The notes: a model not told the origin generated them from the sequence alone. Numbered from the stretch's first letter, positions 37,554-53,270 are shown. The stretch: 64,000 nt of DNA from Escherichia coli (GCF_044324875.1 NZ_CP172185.1), one strand, 5' to 3'. Made by a program: numbers and translations.

Positions 37554-38097
37554 AGGATGTTCTAACCTTTTCAATCAGCTCGGCGTTCTTGCTGCGTAAG
37601 TTGCCGCGCATTTTCAGACCGCTGGAGTTAAATGTTGTTCCGTATAACGTGACGAGGTCTTCAGAGGTAACATCCTGCGTCACCAGATTGATCTGCGCGT
37701 TATCCGTCGTGATTCTGCGAAGTTGAGAGTCCGGCACAAGTGCGTTGACTTCAACGTGTCCATATAAATAGAGCATCCGGTCATTGGTCAGCTTGGCTTT
37801 ATCTGCTTTTACGGACCATGTCGGGATTTTATCCTTATCAAACGTGGTAAGTACCGGCTGCGTAAACCACGAAACGGCCTGATCGGAATAATATTCAACG
37901 TGTTGAGCAATCAATCGATAGCTTAGTGCCCCTTCTGGGTTATAGACGAGCGTGTCCGTATGCTCGCTTTTATAGGTGGGATCATTGTTGTTGACGACCA
38001 CCTGGGCGGTATCGTCTTTTTCGGCCATATTAATGCCGATCATCACCAGAACCGCCAGTGATAGCACAATGATAACCCAACGTCTGGCTTTACTCAT
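37522..38097 (-). CDS. lptC: LPS transport protein LptC
   Basis: 191-aa ORF MSKARRWVIIVLSLAVLVMIGINMAEKDD..., 3' end overlaps the lptA start. Confidence 0.93.
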   Translation of the reverse strand: MSKARRWVIIVLSLAVLVMIGINMAEKDDTAQVVVNNNDPTYKSEHTDTLVYNPEGALSYRLIAQHVEYYSDQAVSWFTQPVLTTFDKDKIPTWSVKADKAKLTNDRMLYLYGHVEVNALVPDSQLRRITTDNAQINLVTQDVTSEDLVTLYGTTFNSSGLKMRGNLRSKNAELIEKVRTSYEIQNKQTQP

Positions 38098-38660
38098 ATC
38101 GATTGCCCTTTGGCTTCATCCAGTTTGCCCTGCGCCAGGAGTAATAAGTCGCAAACTTCTCGCACTGCGCCACGACCGCCAGCAATGCGCGTCACGTAAT
38201 CGGCGCGCGGGATCAACAGTGGATGCGCATCGGCCACGGCGACGCTTAAACCCACTTTTTCCATTACCGGCCAGTCGATGAGATCATCGCCGACATAAGC
38301 CACATTTTCCGGGGCAATCGCCAGTTTTTCCAGCAGATCGCTAAAGGCGATCAGTTTGTTTGACTGCCCCTGATACAAGTGAGTGATCCCCAATGTGGCA
38401 CAACGATCTTCTACCAGTTTAGCCTTTCGCCCGGTAATGATAGCGACTTCAATATCAGAGGTGAGCGCACAACGAATGCCATAACCGTCACGAACATTGA
38501 ACGCTTTCAGCTCTTCGCCATTATTGCCCATATAAATCAGGCCATCTGACAGTACGCCATCGACATCGAGGATCAGCAGACGAATGTTCTCTGCTTTTGC
38601 TATAACGTCGGCGCTGACAGGGCCGTAACAGGTCGCAAGCGACGCACCTGCTTTGCTCAT
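38094..38660 (-). CDS. kdsC: KDO 8-phosphate phosphatase
   Basis: 188-aa ORF, HAD motif LLILDVDGVLSDG. Confidence 0.95.
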   Translation of the reverse strand: MSKAGASLATCYGPVSADVIAKAENIRLLILDVDGVLSDGLIYMGNNGEELKAFNVRDGYGIRCALTSDIEVAIITGRKAKLVEDRCATLGITHLYQGQSNKLIAFSDLLEKLAIAPENVAYVGDDLIDWPVMEKVGLSVAVADAHPLLIPRADYVTRIAGGRGAVREVCDLLLLAQGKLDEAKGQSI

Positions 38661-38680
38661 TGTTGTTTATCCTTGAATCT

Positions 38681-39667
38681 TTACACTACGCCTGCACGCA
38701 GTAAATCATGCATATGTAACACACCGAGTAAATGGTCGCCATCGGCAACCATCACGGAGGTGATATGGCGGGACTGCATTAAGTTCAGTGCCTCAACGGC
38801 CAGAATGCCAGGGCGCACGCGTATTCCCCCCGGCGTCATAACATCGGCAATACTTAACTGACGAACATCCACGCCCATATCGAAGACACGGCGTAAATCA
38901 CCGTCGGTAAAGATGCCTTCAATCATCATATTGTCATCGCAAATGACAGTCATACCAAGATTTTTGCGGGTAACTTCCAGCAATGCGTCACGCAGACTGG
39001 CCGTTTTTTTAACATGCGGGATCTCATCGCCCGTATGCATAATATCGTTTACGCGTAGCAGAAGTTTACGACCCAGTGCGCCGCCTGGGTGTGAGAGCGC
39101 AAAATCTTCAGCAGTAAAGCCGCGTGCTTTTAACAGAGCGACAGCGAGGGCATCGCCCATAACCAGCGTGGCGGTGGTGCTGCTGGTCGGTGCCAGCCCT
39201 AACGGACAGGCTTCTTTCGCTACTTTAACACACAGATGAACATCTGCGGCGCGCGCCATGCTGCTCTCCGGGCGACCGGTGATGCAGATTAACGGTACGT
39301 GAAGACGCTTAAGCACTGGAATTAAGGCCGTGATTTCGCTGGATTCACCTGAGTTAGAGATAGCAATCACCACATCCTGTGGGGTGACCATGCCTAAATC
39401 ACCATGCGCGGCTTCACCAGGATGGACGAAAAATGAAGGTGTACCGGTGCTGGCAAACGTTGCCGCCATTTTGCGCCCAATATGCCCCGATTTCCCCATC
39501 CCCATGACGACAACTTTCCCTTTACACCAGAACATCTTTTCACAGGCAAGCGTGAAATTCTGATTGATGTATTGATCAAGCTCCGCCAGGCATTCACGTT
39601 CAATCGCCAGGACTTCTTTACCTGCTTGCTGAAAGTCAAAACCCGGTTGTAACTCTACGTGCGACAT
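38681..39667 (-). CDS. kdsD: D-arabinose 5-phosphate isomerase
   Basis: ORF 38681-39688; start taken at MSHVELQPGFDFQQAGKEVL (328 aa). Confidence 0.93.
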   Translation of the reverse strand: MSHVELQPGFDFQQAGKEVLAIERECLAELDQYINQNFTLACEKMFWCKGKVVVMGMGKSGHIGRKMAATFASTGTPSFFVHPGEAAHGDLGMVTPQDVVIAISNSGESSEITALIPVLKRLHVPLICITGRPESSMARAADVHLCVKVAKEACPLGLAPTSSTTATLVMGDALAVALLKARGFTAEDFALSHPGGALGRKLLLRVNDIMHTGDEIPHVKKTASLRDALLEVTRKNLGMTVICDDNMMIEGIFTDGDLRRVFDMGVDVRQLSIADVMTPGGIRVRPGILAVEALNLMQSRHITSVMVADGDHLLGVLHMHDLLRAGVV

Positions 39668-39680
39668 AATGCGTTTCCAG

Positions 39681-40658
39681 TTATTCAACGAGTATTGGCG
39701 ATAACCAGTACAACATCGCCAGCCATACGATAAATCCGCCAGTTAATAATACCCCTACACCACGGCCCGGTTGCGGGGAGCGCCGCCAGCATAGCAACGC
39801 AAAAATAATGCTCACCAGCAACATCACGCTGTAGTCACGACTGTACGCCAGTGGATCAATCTCTCCTGGCGTTATCAGCGCGGGTAAACCCAACACGATG
39901 ACAATATTAAAAATGTTTGCGCCAATGATATTTCCGACAGCAATGTCGTTTTCACCTTTGCGAACCCCCGCTATTGCGGTTGCCAGTTCCGGCAGGCTGG
40001 TTCCGATAGCAATTGCCGTCAGACCCATCGTCAACTCGCTGATGGCAAAGTAATTCGCCAGCACCGTGGCGTTATCAACCACCATCCGCGTGGCCACTGG
40101 CATGATGATAAGCGCAATGCCGAGCCATAAAAACGCGACGGGCAATCCACCGTCACGCGGCAACTCTGCAAGCTGCTCTCTGGTCAGGCTGTCAGTCCCC
40201 TGACGTTCAGCCTGACGTGCAAGTTTAACAATGAACAGCAGCCATAGCACAGCCAGAAAGAGGAGAAAGATACCATCGCTGCGACTAAGTTGTCCGTCAT
40301 AGAGTACGGAACCGGCCACCACGCTGACCAACAACATTAAGGGTAATTCACGGCGTAGAACATCAGAATGGACGGTAAAAGGACGAACCAGCGCAGCCAG
40401 ACCGAGGATCAGCAATATATTGATAATGTTTGAGCCGAGGGCTGTACCAACGGCTAAATCGCGTTGTTCGTGCAAAGACGCGGCAAGCGAGACGATGATT
40501 TCTGGTAACGATGTACCAATACTGACCACCGTCATGCCGATGATCAGCGGCGGGATGCCAAAGGTTCGGCAAAGAATAGACGCGGCAAAAACCAGGCGGT
40601 CGGCACTGTAAACGACCAAAAGTAAACCAACAATTAACAGTGCCGTAGCTAAAAGCAT
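39681..40658 (-). CDS. yrbG: Putative Na+/Ca2+ exchanger family inner-membrane protein YrbG
   Basis: 325-aa hydrophobic ORF MLLATALLIVGLLLVVYSADRLVFAASILC... Confidence 0.9.
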   Translation of the reverse strand: MLLATALLIVGLLLVVYSADRLVFAASILCRTFGIPPLIIGMTVVSIGTSLPEIIVSLAASLHEQRDLAVGTALGSNIINILLILGLAALVRPFTVHSDVLRRELPLMLLVSVVAGSVLYDGQLSRSDGIFLLFLAVLWLLFIVKLARQAERQGTDSLTREQLAELPRDGGLPVAFLWLGIALIIMPVATRMVVDNATVLANYFAISELTMGLTAIAIGTSLPELATAIAGVRKGENDIAVGNIIGANIFNIVIVLGLPALITPGEIDPLAYSRDYSVMLLVSIIFALLCWRRSPQPGRGVGVLLTGGFIVWLAMLYWLSPILVE

Positions 40659-40867
40659 CTAACGTCCTTTCTTCAGGTATACTCGCCGGTCCGCTGAAGA
40701 TTTTCAGAAAGCCGTAACGGATTCTTAATTTTGACTTTATGCGGCTAAAAAGTAAAACAAATGCCAGCTTTCGCTAACCACGGCGGGTAATATTCTGTAA
40801 ATATGTTGGGTTCAAGGTTAAATTGAGCGCCATGCTTAGAAAATCAACGCAAGACGAAGGGTGAATT

Positions 40868-42467
<1,600 letters not shown>

Positions 42468-42471
42468 GTTC

Positions 42472-43023
42472 ATGCAAACGAAAAAAAATGAAATTTGGGT
42501 GGGTATCTTTTTATTAGCAGCACTACTGGCGGCGCTGTTTGTTTGCCTGAAGGCGGCGAACGTGACGTCCATACGTACTGAACCGACCTACACGCTTTAT
42601 GCGACGTTCGATAACATTGGCGGCCTGAAAGCGCGCTCTCCGGTCAGCATTGGTGGTGTTGTTGTGGGCCGGGTGGCGGATATTACGCTGGACCCGAAAA
42701 CATATCTGCCGCGCGTAACGCTGGAAATTGAACAACGTTATAACCACATTCCTGATACCAGTTCGCTGAGCATTCGTACTTCCGGCCTGCTGGGGGAACA
42801 ATATCTGGCATTAAACGTCGGTTTTGAAGACCCGGAACTGGGGACTGCTATCCTGAAGGATGGCGATACAATTCAGGACACCAAGTCTGCGATGGTGCTG
42901 GAAGATCTTATTGGTCAGTTCCTTTACGGTAGTAAAGGCGATGACAATAAGAATAGTGGCGATGCGCCAGCTGCTGCGCCAGGTAATAATGAAACCACTG
43001 AACCTGTGGGTACAACGAAATAA
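42472..43023 (+). CDS. mlaD: MCE-domain protein MlaD
   Basis: ORF 42457-43023; start at ATG 42472 giving MQTKKNEIWVGIFLLAALLAALF (183 aa). Confidence 0.93.
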   Translation: MQTKKNEIWVGIFLLAALLAALFVCLKAANVTSIRTEPTYTLYATFDNIGGLKARSPVSIGGVVVGRVADITLDPKTYLPRVTLEIEQRYNHIPDTSSLSIRTSGLLGEQYLALNVGFEDPELGTAILKDGDTIQDTKSAMVLEDLIGQFLYGSKGDDNKNSGDAPAAAPGNNETTEPVGTTK

Positions 43024-43676
<653 letters not shown>

Positions 43677-43677
<1 letters not shown>

Positions 43678-43970
43678 TGAGCGAGTCACTGAGCTGGATG
43701 CAGACGGGTGACACGCTGGCGCTATCCGGAGAGCTGGATCAGGACGTTCTGCTACCGCTTTGGGAAATGCGTGAGGAAGCGGTGAAGGGGATTACCTGCA
43801 TCGATCTTAGCCGTGTGTCCCGCGTGGATACGGGTGGACTGGCATTGCTGCTCCATCTTATCGATCTGGCGAAAAAGCAGGGCAACAACGTGACGCTTCA
43901 GGGGGTAAACGACAAAGTGTATACCCTGGCGAAATTGTATAATTTGCCTACTGATGTTCTGCCTCGTTAA
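43677..43970 (+). CDS. mlaB: STAS-domain protein MlaB
   Basis: ORF 43581-43970; start at ATG overlapping the mlaC stop (TAATGA), MSESLSWMQTGDTLALSGELDQD (97 aa). Confidence 0.9.
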
Positions 43971-44129
43971 ATTTTTTCAGGCCGGATATGGCGTTAACCG
44001 CCTGTCCGGCAAACCTGCCTGCAAGTCGAGCCTTGTCTGATTTATCAGCGAGGCTTTTTGCTTATTTATGCCAGCGCAACTTTGCTCTAAGATGTTTCGC
44101 TGGTTTATTAACTGATGATTGAAGATCCC

Positions 44130-44384
44130 ATGGAAAATAATGAAATTCAGAGCGTGTTGATGAACGCTCTCTCCCTCCAGGAAGTCCACGTTTCCGGCGA
44201 TGGCAGCCACTTTCAGGTTATTGCCGTGGGTGAGTTGTTTGACGGCATGAGTCGGGTTAAAAAACAGCAGACGGTCTATGGCCCGCTGATGGAATATATT
44301 GCGGATAACCGCATTCATGCTGTGTCGATCAAAGCGTATACCCCTGCGGAGTGGGCGCGCGATCGCAAACTGAACGGCTTTTGA
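44130..44384 (+). CDS. ibaG: BolA-family acid stress protein IbaG (YrbA)
   Basis: ORF 44115-44384; start at ATG 44130 giving [19 protein letters not shown] (84 aa). Confidence 0.9.
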
Positions 44385-44438
44385 GCTATGGGCGATTCGC
44401 CGGTAGCGGATATGAATTGTTAACTGAGAACAAACTAA

Positions 44439-45698
<1,260 letters not shown>

Positions 45699-45708
45699 TT
45701 GTCTGAGA

Positions 45709-45735
45709 GCTGGCAGCCCCGTTCGCGGGGCTACC
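45709..45735. terminator. Hairpin shared by convergent murA and sfsB
   Basis: AGCCCCG-TTCG-CGGGGCT stem between the two stop codons. Confidence 0.55.
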
Positions 45736-45745
45736 GCCAGACCAC

Positions 45746-46024
45746 TCATTTTTTCGGTTTAGTGTAGCTACGCATCAACTGCGTTCTGTCGATAAACTCA
45801 TGGGTCTGCGGATCATGGTAGCGAGATGGCCAGATAATCCAGGGGTCAGTTCCCAGGGCTTTCGCAATAATCATCTCTCCTTTCGGCCAGGGGCGCGATA
45901 ATGCGTTCGCCAGCGTTGAGGAACTCAAACCATTTCTGCGAGATTCCGCCGCCATTGACGTTCCCTTCTTGCGCAAACCCGCAATGATGTCAGCGGGATG
46001 CCAGTCAATGAAATTACTTTCCAT
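45746..46024 (-). CDS. sfsB: Ner-like DNA-binding protein SfsB (Nlp)
   Basis: 92-aa ORF MESNFIDWHPADIIAGLRKKGTSMAAESRRNGLSSSTLANAL... Confidence 0.9.
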   Translation of the reverse strand: MESNFIDWHPADIIAGLRKKGTSMAAESRRNGLSSSTLANALSRPWPKGEMIIAKALGTDPWIIWPSRYHDPQTHEFIDRTQLMRSYTKPKK

Positions 46025-46252
46025 CTTTCCTCACTCCTTAAGTTAGTCGCTTTCATTCAGAACATTTCTTCTGTCGGGCATCACTATACTCCTGATGGCG
46101 TATTGTTCTAAAAAGTTCCTGTAAAGAGTGTGAATATTCAGAATATATAAAGATGTACAGCCCTATTATTCAGGTGTTATAGAGCTGAATAAGTGTTTTT
46201 ATGGAATTTACTAGAACCATCCCGCGCGCTGCGCGGGATGCGGGGGAGGGGA

Positions 46253-47224
46253 TTAACGATCGCGTTGAACAGCGATGTGCGCGAGGCCGATGAGTGCTTC
46301 TCGCCACGGGGTGTCCGGGAGCACCTGTAACGCTGCGATGGCTTTGTCTGCTTCTTCCTCGGCACGCTGACGCGTCCATTCAAGAGAGCCACAAGCGTTC
46401 ATTGCTTCCAGAACCGGTTCCAGAAGATGACGACCGTTACCCTGTTCGATGGCGGTACGAATCATCTGTGCCTGTTCTGGTGTGCCATGATGCATTGCAT
46501 GCAGCAGCGGCAGCGTCGGTTTACCTTCGTTCAGATCGTCGCCGACGTTTTTACCTAACTGTTCGCCATCGGCATTGTAATCGAGTAAATCGTCGATCAA
46601 CTGGAAAGCAGTGCCGAGATAGCGCCCATAATCCTGCAGGCCTTTCTCCTCCTCCGGCGTACAGCCAGCCAGAATCCCGGAACACTGCGCGGCAGCCTCA
46701 AACAGACGCGCGGTTTTGCTATAGATAACGCGCATGTAGTTTTCTTCAGTGATGTCCGGATCGTTAACGTTCATCAGTTGCAGAACTTCACCTTCTGCGA
46801 TGACGTTTACGGCTTCTGACATGACTTCCAGCACTTTGAGCGAACCGAGGCTGGTCATCATCTGGAACGCGCGGGTATAAATAAAATCGCCTACCAGCAC
46901 GCTGGCGGCATTGCCAAATGCGGCGTTGGCGGTAGCTTTACCCCTGCGCATATCTGATTCATCCACAACGTCGTCGTGCAGCAGAGTCGCCGTGTGGATA
47001 AACTCGATCAGGGCAGCAATGGTGACATGCGCATTTCCCTCATAGCCAACAGCTCGTGCAGCCAGTACAGCAATCATCGGACGAATACGTTTACCGCCGC
47101 CGCTGACGATGTAATAGCCTAACTGATTGATCAGTTGGACGTCGGAATTAAGCTGCTCAAGGATTGCCGCATTAACACCCGCCATATCTTGCGCGGTTAA
47201 CTCATTGATTTTTTCTAAATTCAT
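46253..47224 (-). CDS. ispB: Octaprenyl diphosphate synthase
   Basis: 323-aa ORF with DDxxD motifs LLHDDVVDESDMRRG and FQLIDDLLD. Confidence 0.96.
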   Translation of the reverse strand: MNLEKINELTAQDMAGVNAAILEQLNSDVQLINQLGYYIVSGGGKRIRPMIAVLAARAVGYEGNAHVTIAALIEFIHTATLLHDDVVDESDMRRGKATANAAFGNAASVLVGDFIYTRAFQMMTSLGSLKVLEVMSEAVNVIAEGEVLQLMNVNDPDITEENYMRVIYSKTARLFEAAAQCSGILAGCTPEEEKGLQDYGRYLGTAFQLIDDLLDYNADGEQLGKNVGDDLNEGKPTLPLLHAMHHGTPEQAQMIRTAIEQGNGRHLLEPVLEAMNACGSLEWTRQRAEEEADKAIAALQVLPDTPWREALIGLAHIAVQRDR

Positions 47225-47381
47225 CGCAAAAGCCGGGCTTTTCGCCCCGATTACCTTACTGTGAACAAAGGCAACTTAGGGTTTATGGTTAGGAATATAG
47301 GGTGATTGTACTGAAAAAATGGCACAGATAAACGTTACCGTACAAGTTGTGTTTTTTTTCTTCGTGTATTGACTGTAGCAC

Positions 47382-47410
47382 TTGTCAAAGGCGTGCGTTT
47401 TGCGTAATAT
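47382..47410 (+). promoter_or_regulatory. Candidate sigma-70 promoter of rplU-rpmA
   Basis: TTGTCA, 17-bp spacer, TAATAT, about 70 bp upstream of rplU. Confidence 0.5.
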
Positions 47411-47446
47411 TCGCGCCCTATTGTGAATATTTATAGCGCACTCTGA

Positions 47447-48072
<626 letters not shown>

Positions 48073-48098
48073 GTTTTTCGCGTCCCGGTAACGGATGA

Positions 48099-48127
48099 AA
48101 GCCCCGCAACACGTTGCGGGGCTTTTT
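48099..48127 (+). terminator. Rho-independent terminator after rpmA
   Basis: AAGCCCCGCAAC-ACGT-TGCGGGGCTTTTT. Confidence 0.8.
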
Positions 48128-48198
48128 ACATTCGATAACCGGTAAAAATGCGCATGGTGCGACGTTAATCCGCAAATGCGCTTTGCAGGGAATACGGT

Positions 48199-49164
48199 AT
48201 GAAGCAGCAGGCAGGCATTGGCATTCTTTTGGCGCTCACCACAGCAATTTGCTGGGGGGCGTTGCCAATCGCAATGAAGCAGGTGCTGGAGGTGATGGAA
48301 CCTCCGACAATCGTGTTTTACCGTTTCTTGATGGCGAGTATTGGCCTGGGTGCCATTCTTGCGGTGAAGAAGAGGTTGCCGCCATTACGCGTGTTTCGTA
48401 AGCCACGCTGGTTGATTTTGTTGGCAGTGGCGACCGCCGGGCTGTTTGGGAACTTCATCCTGTTCAGCTCATCCTTGCAATACCTGAGTCCGACCGCTTC
48501 GCAGGTGATTGGGCAACTCTCGCCAGTTGGCATGATGGTTGCCAGCGTATTTATCCTGAAAGAGAAAATGCGCAGCACTCAGGTTGTAGGGGCATTGATG
48601 CTCCTGAGCGGCCTGGTGATGTTTTTTAACACCAGTCTGGTCGAGATATTTACAAAGCTCACCGATTACACCTGGGGAGTTATCTTTGGGGTCGGTGCGG
48701 CGACGGTTTGGGTGAGTTATGGCGTGGCGCAAAAGGTTTTATTGCGTCGGCTGGCCTCACCGCAGATCCTGTTTTTACTGTACACTTTATGTACAATTGC
48801 GCTCTTCCCTCTGGCAAAGCCTGGAGTGATAGCGCAGCTTAGCCACTGGCAGCTCGCATGTTTAATTTTTTGCGGACTGAATACATTGGTAGGATATGGC
48901 GCCCTGGCGGAAGCGATGGCTCGCTGGCAGGCAGCGCAGGTGAGCGCGATCATCACGCTCACCCCACTGTTTACGCTGTTTTTTTCAGATCTTTTATCAC
49001 TGGCCTGGCCCGATTTCTTCGCCAGACCGATGTTAAACCTTTTAGGTTATCTCGGTGCGTTTGTCGTGGTTGCGGGCGCGATGTATTCCGCCATTGGTCA
49101 TCGTATTTGGGGCGGATTACGTAAGCATACAACGGTGGTATCGCAACCCCGCGCAGGCGAATGA
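48199..49164 (+). CDS. yhbE: EamA/DMT-family inner-membrane transporter YhbE
   Basis: 321-aa hydrophobic ORF MKQQAGIGILLALTTAICWGALPIAMKQVLE... Confidence 0.9.
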   Translation: MKQQAGIGILLALTTAICWGALPIAMKQVLEVMEPPTIVFYRFLMASIGLGAILAVKKRLPPLRVFRKPRWLILLAVATAGLFGNFILFSSSLQYLSPTASQVIGQLSPVGMMVASVFILKEKMRSTQVVGALMLLSGLVMFFNTSLVEIFTKLTDYTWGVIFGVGAATVWVSYGVAQKVLLRRLASPQILFLLYTLCTIALFPLAKPGVIAQLSHWQLACLIFCGLNTLVGYGALAEAMARWQAAQVSAIITLTPLFTLFFSDLLSLAWPDFFARPMLNLLGYLGAFVVVAGAMYSAIGHRIWGGLRKHTTVVSQPRAGE

Positions 49165-50352
<1,188 letters not shown>

Positions 50353-50376
50353 TCACTGATGATAAACGCCAAATAA

Positions 50377-50475
50377 GCCTGATGCGCTACGCTTATCAGG
50401 CCTACAAGAGAATTGCAAAATGTTGAATTTGCACGACTTTGTAGGCCGGATAAGGCGTTCACGCCGCATCCGGCA
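50377..50475. repeat. REP/BIME-type extragenic palindromes (two units) between obgE and dacB
   Basis: GCCTGATGCGCTACGCTTATCAGGCCTACA and TGTAGGCCGGATAAGGCGTTCACGCCGCATCCGGCA, classic REP sequences. Confidence 0.8.
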
Positions 50476-50505
50476 TAAACAAAGTGCACTTTGTCAATAA
50501 TCTGA

Positions 50506-50535
50506 AGCCCCGGCCATGTGCCGGGGTTTCTCTTT
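50506..50535 (+). terminator. Terminator-like hairpin after the REP cluster
   Basis: CCCCGG-CCATGTG-CCGGGG followed by TTTCTCTTT. Confidence 0.5.
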
Positions 50536-50538
50536 AGA

Positions 50539-51972
50539 CTAATTATTCTGATAAATATCTTTATACAAACGGCTTTCAAATCGCACTAACGGAATACGGC
50601 GATTACGCTGATCCGCCGGTTCTACTGCATAGCCGGAAAGATATTGTACAAACGCCATTCGTTGCCCGCTCGCCGTGGTAATGAATCCCGCCAGGTTATA
50701 TACCCCCTGCAACGAGCCGGTTTTCGCTGAGACTTTGCCATCCACGCCCGCCTGATGCAGACCTGCACGGTACTGCAAAGAGCCGTCATAGCCCGCCAGC
50801 GGTAGCATAGAGATAAAGTTAAGTTCATTGTCGTGTTGGGCAATGTATTGCAGCACCTGCATCATGGTGGCGGGGGCAATCAGGTTATGCCGCGAAAGCC
50901 CTGAACCATCGGCAATAATGGTGTTACCAATATCGACACCGGCTTGCTGGCGCAGGATCTGACGCACGGCGTCCGACCCGGCCCGCCATGTTCCAGGCAC
51001 ATTGAAGCGCGCATGGCCTATCATGCGGAAAACCGTATCGGCAATCATGTTGTCCGACTTTTTCAGCATAATCTTAAGCAGATCGTGCAGCGGGGCCGAC
51101 TGTTTACTGGCAACTACCGTTCCAGGTTCGTTAACCTGAGTCTGGCGTAGCAGTGTTCCGCTCCAGGTGATACCTGCCTGTTTTAACTCATCTTTCAGAA
51201 TTGCCCCAGCATAGCTGGCTCCATCCTGCACGGCAAAAGCCAACGGGAGCGGCTCAGAACGTTGTGGCAGGCATCCGGTCAGCGTAAAGCGGTTCAGGTC
51301 GCCTGGCACCACATCCAGCTCGCAATATTGCGCTTCGGCAGAACCACGGGGGAGGGTGCGTACCTGGCTGAACATCGTAACGGGGTAATAAGATGCCACG
51401 CGTATAAAAGCCATATCACCAGGTTTTGGGGCACTGTAGAGCGAGACGGAGAAACAGTTGCGGTCAACTATGGCGGCGGCAGGCGGAGCGCTAAAGCATT
51501 GTGTCATGTCATTCCATGGCCAGCCGGGGGCTTTATCGTGGCTGGCGAAAATGGAGGTATCTATCAACACATTGCCATCGATTTGGTTGACGCCAGATTT
51601 TTTCAAAGTCGCGACCATATTGCGAATATCCTGACGTTTTAACGTCGGATCGGCACCAAATCGCGCCACTAAGTCACCCTTAAGTACGCCGTTTTCCACA
51701 TTGCCTTTGGTTTCAAGCGTCGTGGTAAAACGAAAATCGGGGCCGAGTTGAATCAACGCCGCCAGCGCAGTAATCACTTTCTGGGTACTGGCGGGCAGCG
51801 CCATCTGCTGACTGTGGTAATCAATAGCGGGGGCCGACGCGCCGACTTTTTGCACCATCAGGGCAAGGTTGGCACCAGCGGGGAGTTGAGTAATGTACTC
51901 ATCAACATTTGCGGCCTGAACACTGAACGCTATACAGCTGGTCAATCCGATGATAAATCTGGAAAATCGCAT
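50539..51972 (-). CDS. dacB: D-alanyl-D-alanine carboxypeptidase/endopeptidase PBP4
   Basis: 477-aa ORF with signal peptide and STQK active-site motif. Confidence 0.95.
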   Translation of the reverse strand: MRFSRFIIGLTSCIAFSVQAANVDEYITQLPAGANLALMVQKVGASAPAIDYHSQQMALPASTQKVITALAALIQLGPDFRFTTTLETKGNVENGVLKGDLVARFGADPTLKRQDIRNMVATLKKSGVNQIDGNVLIDTSIFASHDKAPGWPWNDMTQCFSAPPAAAIVDRNCFSVSLYSAPKPGDMAFIRVASYYPVTMFSQVRTLPRGSAEAQYCELDVVPGDLNRFTLTGCLPQRSEPLPLAFAVQDGASYAGAILKDELKQAGITWSGTLLRQTQVNEPGTVVASKQSAPLHDLLKIMLKKSDNMIADTVFRMIGHARFNVPGTWRAGSDAVRQILRQQAGVDIGNTIIADGSGLSRHNLIAPATMMQVLQYIAQHDNELNFISMLPLAGYDGSLQYRAGLHQAGVDGKVSAKTGSLQGVYNLAGFITTASGQRMAFVQYLSGYAVEPADQRNRRIPLVRFESRLYKDIYQNN

Positions 51973-52048
51973 AATCTCGCGCTAACAACCTGGAATCGAG
52001 CCGTCATACTACGGCGCAACGCCCTATAAAGTAAACGATGACCCTTCG

Positions 52049-52125
52049 GGAACTTCAGGGTAAAATGACTATCAAAATGTGAATTGTAGCTGACCTGGGA
52101 CTTGTACCCGGGTCGGTATTTTTTT
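52049..52125 (+). promoter_or_regulatory. greA leader: sigma-E-type promoter followed by an intrinsic terminator (GraL-type leader RNA)
   Basis: GGAACTT, 16-bp spacer, TCAAA (52049-52076); then GACCTGGG...CCCGGGTC hairpin plus TTTTTTT (52092-52125) upstream of greA. Confidence 0.45.
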
Positions 52126-52219
52126 GCTTCTGGTCCCGGTGAGGAGTTATGCCGGGCAGGCCGAACAGCCGGGGTGGGTGAAGACTTGCCCCATCAGGAA
52201 TATTCAAGAGGTATAACAA

Positions 52220-52696
<477 letters not shown>

Positions 52697-52738
52697 GAAT
52701 TACCCAATACTCAAGATGTTGATGTATTGTAAAGAAAG

Positions 52739-52765
52739 GAAAAAGGCCGCTATGCGGCCTTTTAT
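52739..52765. terminator. Bidirectional terminator between greA and yhbY
   Basis: AAAAAGGCCGC-TATG-GCGGCCTTTT. Confidence 0.75.
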
Positions 52766-52851
52766 CAACGAACAGAGCGTGGCATTTTGCTCTCCTGCCT
52801 GCGGAAAACCCCTCGTTTTACACAGCAAATGTGTGTAACTTTAGGATAATC

Positions 52852-53145
52852 TTAGCGTGGCAGCGAGATTTTACGTTCTTTAGTTGGGCGATAAAGCACC
52901 AGCGTTTTACCGATGACCTGTACATTACAGGCGCCGGTTTCGCGCACGATAGCTTCCACGATCAAGGTTTTAGTTTCGCGATCTTCGGTGGCGATTTTCA
53001 CCTTGATGAGTTCATGGTGCTCTAACGCTTGTTCAATCTCGGCCAGCACCCCTTCGGTCAAACCATTACTGCCAAGCAGAACAACTGGCTTGAGCGGATG
53101 TGCCAGACCTTTCAGGTGCTGTTTTTGTTTAGTACTCAGATTCAT
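52852..53145 (-). CDS. yhbY: CRS1/YhbY-family RNA-binding protein
   Basis: 97-aa ORF MNLSTKQKQHLKGLAHPLKPVVLLGSNGLTEGVL... Confidence 0.93.
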   Translation of the reverse strand: MNLSTKQKQHLKGLAHPLKPVVLLGSNGLTEGVLAEIEQALEHHELIKVKIATEDRETKTLIVEAIVRETGACNVQVIGKTLVLYRPTKERKISLPR

Positions 53146-53270
53146 CGTATTTTTTGCTTACGTTGGGATTGAAAACGGGTCATTCTACCGCCATCTCCCA
53201 TATATCACCAAATAGGCGCGTAAAAATTTACGCAATTGGTTACGATGAGTTATCCCCATGGGAAAGTTAA

